A stretch of DNA of 64,000 bases, from NCBI GenBank assembly GCA_903926385.1, contig CAIYIS010000007.1:71614-135613 (forward strand), written 5' to 3'. The DNA is from an uncultured Bacteroidota bacterium. Its GTDB lineage: Bacteria; Bacteroidota; Bacteroidia; 2-12-FULL-35-15. Below, piece after piece: positions 56,138 to 64,000 of this stretch; position 1 is the stretch's first letter, and the number at the start of each line of letters is the position of its first letter. The notes beneath the pieces are model-generated. The model was not told the DNA's origin. It saw nothing but the letters and a program-made list of their open reading frames with translations, and made no database searches. A program made the position numbers and the translations under genes.

Positions 56138-59100
56138 TTACTTAAGCACCGTAACACTTCCAATATATTTATGGTCTTCTTTGTGATTATCTTTTAAATT
56201 TACCACGTAAACATACACACCATCCTGCACCAAGTTCCCCATATAGGTTCCATCCCAGTGTTTAGATAAATCATCTCCATAAAATAACAGATTTCCCCAC
56301 CGGTCAAAAATTCTCATTTCGTAGGAAGTAATGCTTTCGCCCAAACCGTAAAACTCATCATTCACACCATCTCCGTTAGGAGTAAAAGCATCCGGAATAT
56401 AAAAAGTAAATACACCTTCTATAGAAATACAATGGGTTACAGTATCCGAACAATTCGCATTTGACGCGGTTAGTAACACGCAGTAAGAACCTATTTGAGA
56501 ATATTCATGTGTTGGATTTTTGGCACTACTGAAATTATTTGGCATTCCTGTATCTCCGAAATTCCAGCTCCACATAGTTGAATTGGTTGATAGATTAGTA
56601 AAATTAACAACCGGGAAAGTGATTAATGATGTCAATGGTGCTGTGAATTCAGCCACAGGCACCACATTAACTGTAACAGTTCCCGTTCCCGAACTAGAGC
56701 ACCCATTGGAGGTTCCGGTTACTGTATAAGTAGTTGTTGTGTCAGGAATTACTACTATATTGTTAGAAGTAGAGCCCGTATTCCACGAATAAGCAAGTGC
56801 TCCGTTGGCCGTAAGCACTGCTGAAGTACCTGCACACACCGTTACCGAATTTACACTAATTACAGGAAATTGATAAACCGTTATGGTTGCAGATGCAGTA
56901 GTGCTGCATCCCAATGCTGTTCCGGTTACAGTGTAACTTGTGGTAGCTGTTGGAAACACTGTAATGGCCGCAGTATTTGCCGCAGTATTCCATAAAAACG
57001 AAGTGGCATTACCCAACGCAGTTAAGGTTGCCGGTTGTCCTGCACAAGAAGAGATCGAATTTACAATAAGATTAGGAAGAGGATTAACCGTAACAGTTGA
57101 AACAGCTGTTGCCACACATCCAAGTGTTGAGCCGGTTACCGTATACGTAGTGGTTACAACAGGAGAGGCTGTTGCTGATGCTCCTGCAGCCGTTACTCCT
57201 GCACTCCATGTATAACTCACCGCTCCTGCTGCTGTCATGGTGGCCACAGCTCCGTTACATATTGTTGGTGAAGTAACGGTAACAATCGGAAGCGGATTAA
57301 CCAGCACCGATATGGTGTCTCTCGCACTTTCACAGCTAGCTATGGTTTGCGATACATAATAATTTGTTGTTCCTGCCACAAGTGTCGAAGGTGTTGGCGA
57401 AAGCGCATTTCCTGAGCCTCCTGCCGCAGCGGTGTACCAAAGCAAACCCGCACCGGTGGAAGTCAGGGCGGGTGCAACATCGTTCTGACAATAGGTAAGC
57501 GGTGAAACAACAACAGGTGGAGCAGGGGCACTAATGGTGACATTATAGCTGACTGCAGTTCCTGCACCACAAGTACCGGTTTCGGTAACAGAAACAGTTC
57601 CTACTCCGGCCGCACCAAAACTCACGGTTATCTGGTTTGTTCCTTGTCCGGCCGTTATGCTTGCTCCTGCCGGTACAGACCAGTTGAATGTAGAACCAGC
57701 AGTATTGGTTACAGAATATATAATACCTGTGGCATTCGGGCAAACAGGAGTAGTACCTGTGATGGCCGATGTTACGGGCAAAAGAGTAACCCCTACAGCT
57801 AAACTGACTGCTGTTCCCGGTCCGCAATTGTTTGTTTCGATCACAGAAACATTGCCACTGGTTACTCCAAAGGTTACTGTTATTTGATTGGTTCCTTGTC
57901 CGGCTGTAATGGTTGCACCTGCCGGAACGGTCCAGGCATAAGTGTTTCCAACTGTATTGGTAACTGAATAAACAACTCCTGTTGTATTTAAACATACAGT
58001 TGCAGGTCCTGTAATGACGGAGGTTGCAGGCAAAGAAGTTACCACAACAGCAAAGTTGACAGCCGCTCCCGGTCCGCAATTATTAGTTTCTATTACAGAA
58101 ACATTGCCTGAATTTGAACCGAAGGTTACAGTTATTTGATTGGTGCCTTGTCCTGCTGTGATACTTGCACCAACAGGAACTGCCCATGCATAGGTATTCC
58201 CAACAGTGTTGGTTACAGAAAACGTTACACCAGCTGTATTCGGACAAACAGGTGTAGTGCCTGTAATAGCCGATGTAACCGGTAAAGAGAATAAAGTAAC
58301 AGCAAAATTTACAGCTGCTCCCGGTCCGCAATTGTTGGTTTCTATTACGGAAACATTGCCCGCAGTCGCTCCAAAGTTTACTGTAATCTGGTTGGTGCCT
58401 TGGCCGGCAGTAATTGTTGCTCCTGCCGGAACGGTCCAGGCATAGGTATTTCCAACCGTATTGGTAACTGAATAAACAACTCCGGTGGCATTCGGGCAAA
58501 CAGGGGTAGTACCTGTAATGGCTGATGTAACAGGTAACGGAGAAATAGCAACAGCAAAGTTAACAGCCGCACCCGGTCCGCAATTATTGGTTTCTATTAC
58601 GGAAACATTGCCGGCATTGGTTCCAATGGTTACGGTTATCTGATTAGTCCCCTGACCGGCTGTAATGACAGAACCGGCTGGCACTGTCCATGCATAGGTT
58701 GAACCTGCTGTATTGGTAACCGAATAAATTACACCGGCAGTGTTTGGACAAACTGGTGTGGTGCCTGTGATAACTGATGTTACAGGTAAAGTGGTAACAC
58801 CAACAGCAAAGTTAACTGCCGCTCCCGGTCCGCAATTGTTTGTCTCAATTACTGAAACTGTTCCAGAAGTTACACCAAAGCTAACTGTAATTTGATTGGT
58901 ACCTTGACCGGCTGTTATGACTGCTCCTGCCGGAACAGTCCAGGCATAGGTATTTCCAATGGTGTTGGTAACAGAATAAGTAATACCTGTTGCATTCAAA
59001 CACACAGGTGTAATTCCTGTTATAGCTGATGTTGTTGGCAATGGAAAAATGGCAACAGCAAAGTTAACAGCTGCTCCCGGTCCGCAATTATTCGTTTCTA

Positions 59101-62100
59101 CAACTGAAACATTTCCCGGAGTAGTTCCAAAATCAACAGTGATCTGATTGGTGCCTTGTCCGGCTGTAATTGTTGCACCTGCCGGAACGGTCCAGGCATA
59201 AGTATTTCCAACCGTATTGGTAACTGAATAAACAACTCCTGTTGTATTAGGACAAACTGGTGTAGTGCCTGTGATGGCTGAAGTAACAGGTAATGAAAAA
59301 GTGGTTACAACAAAATTTACTGCTGTTCCTGGTCCGCAATTATTCGATTCGGCAACGGAAACAGTACCAGCAGTCGCTCCAAAGTTTACAGTAATCTGAT
59401 TAGTGCCTTGTCCTGCAGTAATCGTTGCTCCGGCAGGAACGGTCCAGGCATAAGTGTTTCCAACTGTATTGGTAACTGAATAAACAGCACCTGTTGCATT
59501 CGGGCAAACGGGAGTAGTGCCTGTAATGGTTGATGTGACAGGCAATGAATAAGTAGTTACAGCAAAATTTATGGCTGTTCCGGGTCCACAATTATTCGAT
59601 TCGACAACAGAAACAGTGCTTGCTGTTGCTCCAAAAGTTACTGTTATTTGGTTGGTGCCTTGTCCGGCTGTAATCGTAGCTCCTGCCGGAACGGTCCAGG
59701 CATAAGTATTTCCAACAGTGTTGGTGACTGAAAAAACAACTCCTACAGCATTCGGACAAACTGGTGTGGTGCCTGTGATGACTGATGTTACAGGTAACTG
59801 TGTAATCGTAACCGGGAAGTTAACGGCTGTTCCGGGTCCGCAATTGTTTGTCTCAATTACTGAAACTGTTCCAGAAGTTACACCAAAGCTAACTGTAATT
59901 TGATTGGTACCTTGACCGGCTGTTATGATTGCTCCTGCCGGAACAGTCCAGGCATAGGTATTTCCAATGGTGTTGGTAACAGAATAAGTAATGCCAGAGG
60001 CATTCAAACAAACCGGAGAAGAGCCTGTGATGGCTGATGTGGTTGGCAAAGGTGAAATGGCTACAGCAAAATTAACTGCCGGACCTGAACCGCACATATT
60101 GGTTTCAATTACTGAGACATTTCCCGGAGTGGCTCCGAAAGTAACGGTTATCTGATTGGTGCCTTGACCGGCTGTGATGGCAGCTCCTGTCGGAACAGTC
60201 CAGGCATAAGTATCTCCGGCAATATTGGTAACAGAATAAATTACCCCTGTGGTATTCGGACAAACTGGTGTGGTACCGGTAATGGCTGAAGTAACAGGTG
60301 GAGGAAGTATAGCAACAGCATAGTTAACTGTAGCTCCCACTCCGCATGTTCCCGTTTCGGTAACGGTAACATTTCCTCCCGTAGGGCCGAAGTTTACTGA
60401 AATTTGATTACTGCCTTGACCCGAAACGAGTGTAGCTCCTGCCGGAACTGTCCAGGCATAGGTACTGCCGGTGGTATTAACTACTGAAAAAAGAACTCCT
60501 GCAGCATTTGCACAAATAGGTGAAGTACCCGTGATAGCTGATGTAACTGGAAGTAAAGTAATAGCTACCGGAAGACTAACAGCAGCTCCTATTCCACACA
60601 CATTCGATTCGATAACAGAAACGGTGCCGCCTGCAGCTCCCCAATTGATGGCAATCTGATTTGTACCTTGCCCTGAAGCAATGGTAGCTCCGCCAGTTAC
60701 TGTCCAGCTGTATGTATTTCCAGCCACATTGGTAACCGAATAAGCTATACCGGGAGCATTGAGACAAACGGGCGAAGGGCCAATGATGGGTGTAGTTACA
60801 GGAATTGGTGTAACCACCAAGGCATAATTTACAGCAGGTCCCGGCCCGCAAACATTGGTTTCTACCACAGAAATGGTTCCTCCGGTTGTGCCGAAATTAA
60901 CGGTAATTTGATTAGTGCCTTGTCCGGCTGTAATGGTGGCTCCTGCCGGAACCGTCCAGGCATAGGTATCTCCAGGAGTATTGGTAACCGAATAACTAAC
61001 ACCTGCTGTGTTCGGACAAACAGGTGTGGTACCTGTGATGGCTGATGTAACAGGCAAAGGAGTAACAGCAACGGCCATGTTAACAGCTGCTCCGGGTCCG
61101 CAAATATTGGTTTGAACCACCGAAACGGTTCCGTTTGCACTTCCCCAGTTAACGGTTATCTGATTGCTACCTTGTCCGGCTGTGATGGTGGAACCTGCCG
61201 GAACGGTCCAGGCATAGGTGTTTCCAACAACATTAGTAACCGAATAAACCAATCCGGTTTGATTAGGACAAACGGGAGTGGTGCCTGCAATGGCTGATGT
61301 AACAGGTAAAGGGAAAATAGCAACTGGAAAATTAACTAAAACTCCCGGGCCGCAAACATTACTTTCTGTAACCGAAACATTGCCTCCTGTGCCGGCAAAG
61401 GTGACTGTAATCTGATTGGTACCTTGTCCGGAGGTAATAGTAGCACCTACCGGAACGGTCCAGGCATAGGTATCTCCGGGAACATTGGTAGCCGAATAAA
61501 TAACACCTGCAGCCGTAGGGCAAACGGGTGTGGTGCCTGTGATGGCTGAGGTAACGGGCAATTGAGTTACCACAACTGCAAGGTTAACGGCAGCTCCGGG
61601 TCCGCAAATATTGGTTTGAATAACAGAAATAGTTCCGTTGGCTCCGCCCCAGTTAACAGTTATCTGATTAGTGCCTTGTCCGGCTGTAATGGTGGCACCG
61701 GCCGGAACGGTCCAGGCATAGGTGTTTCCAACAACATTAGTAACCGAGTAAATCAATCCAGTTTGATTAGGACAAACGGGAGTGGTGCCTGCAATGGCTG
61801 AAGTAACAGGCAGAGGGAAGATAGCAACCGGAAAATTAACTGAAACTCCGGGTCCGCAAACATTGCTTTCTGTTACCGAAACATTGCCTCCTGTACCGGC
61901 AAAGGTTACTGTAATTTGATTGGTGCCTTGTCCGGATGTAATGGTAGCTCCAGCCGGAACGGTCCAGGCATAGGTATCTCCGGGAATATTGGTAACCGAA
62001 TAAACGACACCAGCAGCTGTAGGGCAAACGGGGGTGGTACCGGTGATGGCTGATGTAACTGGCAATTGAGTTACCACAACTGCAAGGTTAACAGCTGCTC

Positions 62101-64000
62101 CTGCTCCGCAAATATTGGTTTGAATCACCGAAACGGTTCCGTTTGCATTTCCCCAGTTAACTGTTATCTGATTAGTTCCTTGTCCGGCTGTGATGGAGGT
62201 TCCTGCCGGAACGGTCCAGGCATAGGTATCTCCAACAACATTGGTAACCGAAAAGATTAATCCGGTTTGATTAGGACAAACGGGAGTGGTGCCTGTGATG
62301 GCTGAGGTAACTGGTAAAGGAAAAATAGCCACCGGGAAGTTAACGGCCGGAGCAACTCCGCACGGGTTACTTTGTATCACCGACACATTGCCTCCTGTTC
62401 CGGCAAAGTTTACTGTAATTTGATTGGTGCCTTGTCCTGATGTAATGGTAGCTCCCGGAGGAACTGTCCAGGCATAAGTGCTTAATGCCACATTGGCCAC
62501 AGAATAAACAACTCCTGAAGCAGTAGGGCATACGGGTGTTGTTCCGGTAATAGGAGTGGCAACGGGCAATGGAGTAACGGAAACAGCCATGGTGATGGCC
62601 GGGTCGCTGCGGCAAATGTTAGACTGAATAACAGAAACGGTTCCACCTGTAGTGCCAAAATTAACAGTAATTTGATTTGTACCTTGCCCGGAAGTAATGG
62701 TAGCACCTGCCGGAACGGTCCATGTATAGGTTATTCCAGCAACAGCCGGAAGAGAATACACCATGCCGGTGGCGTTAGGACAAATAGGTGTTGGGCCGGT
62801 GATGGGTGCCGGAACAATAGTTACACCAATTACAGTAACCACTATTGGTTTTCGATAAGTGCCGGGGCAAAACCCTGCATAATAAGTGGCGGTAGCAAAC
62901 AAAGGAGGGGTGGTATAAGTAGGGCCTGTGGCTATGGGCGCTCCTCCAACCAAAGTTGTGTACCAATAAATGGTGGCACCAATAGGGCCATTTATAGAAG
63001 CCGTTAAAGTAGCAGTGTTTCCGTTACAGATGGTAATATCGGCCACGGTTATGGTATCGTGAGTAATGAGTTGATTTATAAGTCCGCTTGCACCTTTTGT
63101 TGCTCCGTTTGGAGGAAATTCAGTAAGTCCAGCTGAGTTTGTTGTTCCGTTGTTTCCACCATTTCCAATTTGAGTTATTGCTCCTCCTGCTGTGGCAAGG
63201 TAACCAGCACCGCCACCTCCACCAGGACCTTCAGCTTCAATACTGCCTGCAATAAGAAATTGTGTGCCCCCGGGGCCTCCGTTGACGGAAGCGGTAATGC
63301 CTGAAAGTGTTCCAACACTATTTATAATAATAGTTCCACCACCACCACCACCGGCAGCTCCATCAAATCCTGAATTTAAACAGGCTCCTCCAGGAGCTAC
63401 AATACTTCCCCCTCCGCTTAAAGTACCATAATTCATTATGTATACGATTCCGCCTCCTGGCATTCCAACACCAGCAGCTCCATTATCCCTGTCACCGGCA
63501 CCACCACCACCACCCATAAAAATTTTACCTGTAGAATAATCGAGCGGCCGTCCTCCTAATCCTCCGTTAGCTTGACGGTTATCTCCTCCCCATAAAGCAT
63601 TATTCGTTCCAGTAATCGTTGCATTCTGGTCTGTTAAAGAAGTGGAATAACCACCTCTTCCTCCACCTCCTGAAGTATGAGCTGAAAATCCAGGAGATTC
63701 CAAATCCCAGGCTGAAACCCAACCTGCACCTCCTGCAACACTTGGATTTCCTTGGCCATCCCAAGTAAGCAATGATGAAGCATTAGCACCACCACCACCA
63801 CCAGCATTATGACAATCACCACCACCACCTCCATTAGCGAAAGCTCCTCTACCATACTGCCCACCCAATGTATTGTAATCGGCACCATATCCTCCAATGC
63901 CTTCTCCTTTATTGGAGCCCACTGTGAAACTTGTTCCTGCATATTGTGTTCCTCCGAAGCCAGTGGGGTTAAGGGGAGCCAAACCGCCTCCCCTGAAACC
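56138..64000 (-). CDS. giant T9SS type B substrate / adhesin (over 2614 aa; the N-terminus continues beyond the window end)
   Basis: The N-terminus is Gly-rich. About 25 tandem 76-aa Ig/PKD-like repeats follow (..PVTSAITGTTPVCPNxxGVxYSVTNxxGxTYAWTVPAGATITAGQGTNQITVxFG..). After further Ig-like repeats come a PKD domain (WSWNFGDTG...HEY...GSY) and a type B CTD (FTPNGDGVNDEF...FDRWGNLLF..WDGT..GVYVYVV). Confidence 0.85.
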   Translation of the reverse strand, partial: GFRGGGLAPLNPTGFGGTQYAGTSFTVGSNKGEGIGGYGADYNTLGGQYGRGAFANGGGGGDCHNAGGGGGANASSLLTWDGQGNPSVAGGAGWVSAWDLESPGFSAHTSGGGGRGGYSTSLTDQNATITGTNNALWGGDNRQANGGLGGRPLDYSTGKIFMGGGGGAGDRDNGAAGVGMPGGGIVYIMNYGTLSGGGSIVAPGGACLNSGFDGAAGGGGGGTIIINSVGTLSGITASVNGGPGGTQFLIAGSIEAEGPGGGGGAGYLATAGGAITQIGNGGNNGTTNSAGLTEFPPNGATKGASGLINQLITHDTITVADITICNGNTATLTASINGPIGATIYWYTTLVGGAPIATGPTYTTPPLFATATYYAGFCPGTYRKPIVVTVIGVTIVPAPITGPTPICPNATGMVYSLPAVAGITYTWTVPAGATITSGQGTNQITVNFGTTGGTVSVIQSNICRSDPAITMAVSVTPLPVATPITGTTPVCPTASGVVYSVANVALSTYAWTVPPGATITSGQGTNQITVNFAGTGGNVSVIQSNPCGVAPAVNFPVAIFPLPVTSAITGTTPVCPNQTGLIFSVTNVVGDTYAWTVPAGTSITAGQGTNQITVNWGNANGTVSVIQTNICGAGAAVNLAVVVTQLPVTSAITGTTPVCPTAAGVVYSVTNIPGDTYAWTVPAGATITSGQGTNQITVTFAGTGGNVSVTESNVCGPGVSVNFPVAIFPLPVTSAIAGTTPVCPNQTGLIYSVTNVVGNTYAWTVPAGATITAGQGTNQITVNWGGANGTISVIQTNICGPGAAVNLAVVVTQLPVTSAITGTTPVCPTAAGVIYSATNVPGDTYAWTVPVGATITSGQGTNQITVTFAGTGGNVSVTESNVCGPGVLVNFPVAIFPLPVTSAIAGTTPVCPNQTGLVYSVTNVVGNTYAWTVPAGSTITAGQGSNQITVNWGSANGTVSVVQTNICGPGAAVNMAVAVTPLPVTSAITGTTPVCPNTAGVSYSVTNTPGDTYAWTVPAGATITAGQGTNQITVNFGTTGGTISVVETNVCGPGPAVNYALVVTPIPVTTPIIGPSPVCLNAPGIAYSVTNVAGNTYSWTVTGGATIASGQGTNQIAINWGAAGGTVSVIESNVCGIGAAVSLPVAITLLPVTSAITGTSPICANAAGVLFSVVNTTGSTYAWTVPAGATLVSGQGSNQISVNFGPTGGNVTVTETGTCGVGATVNYAVAILPPPVTSAITGTTPVCPNTTGVIYSVTNIAGDTYAWTVPTGAAITAGQGTNQITVTFGATPGNVSVIETNMCGSGPAVNFAVAISPLPTTSAITGSSPVCLNASGITYSVTNTIGNTYAWTVPAGAIITAGQGTNQITVSFGVTSGTVSVIETNNCGPGTAVNFPVTITQLPVTSVITGTTPVCPNAVGVVFSVTNTVGNTYAWTVPAGATITAGQGTNQITVTFGATASTVSVVESNNCGPGTAINFAVTTYSLPVTSTITGTTPVCPNATGAVYSVTNTVGNTYAWTVPAGATITAGQGTNQITVNFGATAGTVSVAESNNCGPGTAVNFVVTTFSLPVTSAITGTTPVCPNTTGVVYSVTNTVGNTYAWTVPAGATITAGQGTNQITVDFGTTPGNVSVVETNNCGPGAAVNFAVAIFPLPTTSAITGITPVCLNATGITYSVTNTIGNTYAWTVPAGAVITAGQGTNQITVSFGVTSGTVSVIETNNCGPGAAVNFAVGVTTLPVTSVITGTTPVCPNTAGVIYSVTNTAGSTYAWTVPAGSVITAGQGTNQITVTIGTNAGNVSVIETNNCGPGAAVNFAVAISPLPVTSAITGTTPVCPNATGVVYSVTNTVGNTYAWTVPAGATITAGQGTNQITVNFGATAGNVSVIETNNCGPGAAVNFAVTLFSLPVTSAITGTTPVCPNTAGVTFSVTNTVGNTYAWAVPVGASITAGQGTNQITVTFGSNSGNVSVIETNNCGPGAAVNFAVVVTSLPATSVITGPATVCLNTTGVVYSVTNTVGNTYAWTVPAGATITAGQGTNQITVTFGVTSGNVSVIETNNCGPGTAVSLAVGVTLLPVTSAITGTTPVCPNATGIIYSVTNTAGSTFNWSVPAGASITAGQGTNQITVSFGAAGVGTVSVTETGTCGAGTAVSYNVTISAPAPPVVVSPLTYCQNDVAPALTSTGAGLLWYTAAAGGSGNALSPTPSTLVAGTTNYYVSQTIASCESARDTISVLVNPLPIVTVTSPTICNGAVATMTAAGAVSYTWSAGVTAAGASATASPVVTTTYTVTGSTLGCVATAVSTVTVNPLPNLIVNSISSCAGQPATLTALGNATSFLWNTAANTAAITVFPTATTSYTVTGTALGCSTTASATITVYQFPVISVNSVTVCAGTSAVLTANGALAYSWNTGSTSNNIVVIPDTTTTYTVTGTSNGCSSSGTGTVTVNVVPVAEFTAPLTSLITFPVVNFTNLSTNSTMWSWNFGDTGMPNNFSSAKNPTHEYSQIGSYCVLLTASNANCSDTVTHCISIEGVFTFYIPDAFTPNGDGVNDEFYGLGESITSYEMRIFDRWGNLLFYGDDLSKHWDGTYMGNLVQDGVYVYVVNLKDNHKEDHKYIGSVTVLK
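57200..62810. repeat. about 25 near-identical 228-bp tandem repeats inside the giant adhesin gene
   Basis: DNA-level periodicity of 228 bp (76 codons) with high identity. It generates dozens of spurious ORFs in all other frames. Confidence 0.8.

Noticed and set aside
56520-63942. Dozens of 60-180-aa ORFs on both strands within the giant adhesin gene
   Set aside because: They are generated by the 228-bp tandem repeat and recur with the repeat period. The single long minus-strand frame with PKD and type B CTD domains explains the region.
1-64000. Search for transposase, IS or integrase genes
   Set aside because: No DDE, tyrosine or serine recombinase motifs were recognised in any frame. The mobile signals here are limited to repeats, toxin-antitoxin cassettes and the ssrA context.

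Overview
This is a 64-kb, roughly 38% GC chromosomal segment that looks Bacteroidota (Cytophagia- or Flavobacteriia-like). The evidence is TAnnTTTG -7 promoter motifs, many substrates of the type IX secretion system (T9SS) with type A or type B C-terminal sorting domains, and a tmRNA whose tag peptide ends ...YAMAA.

Housekeeping genes found: two tandem rhomboid proteases, mutL, an mtaB-like methylthiotransferase, lgt, an M1 peptidase plus TPR protein operon, recO, a PorZ-like propeller protein, tRNA-Arg(CCG), a K+-type H+-pyrophosphatase, tig-clpP-clpX, dnaE, an ABC-2 transporter pair, an AlaDH/PNT-family dehydrogenase, and ssrA.

Accessory content:
- A self-contained three-gene operon at 9351-13750: a Rad50/SMC-like coiled-coil ABC ATPase followed by two translationally coupled proteins with no recognisable motifs. 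This is the best candidate for an undescribed condensin-like or defence module.
- An H+-PPase carrying a roughly 150-aa Cys/Met-rich metallothionein-like C-terminal tail.
- HigBA and PIN/antitoxin toxin-antitoxin cassettes. The PIN cassette is flanked by 37-bp direct repeats derived from a T9SS sorting-domain tail.
- Three copies of a roughly 250-bp dispersed element, two of them inverted around a 2.7-kb lipoprotein/coiled-coil segment.
- A family of hairpin-rich REP/MITE-like elements.
- Four arrays of 21-22-bp tandem repeats, two of which carry operator-like palindromes.
- Three very large T9SS type-B adhesins, one of them over 2600 aa with about 25 near-identical 228-bp tandem repeats.
- A trio of paralogous outer-membrane barrel / TSP3 / SPOR-like proteins.

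No CRISPR array, rRNA gene, transposase or integrase was seen.
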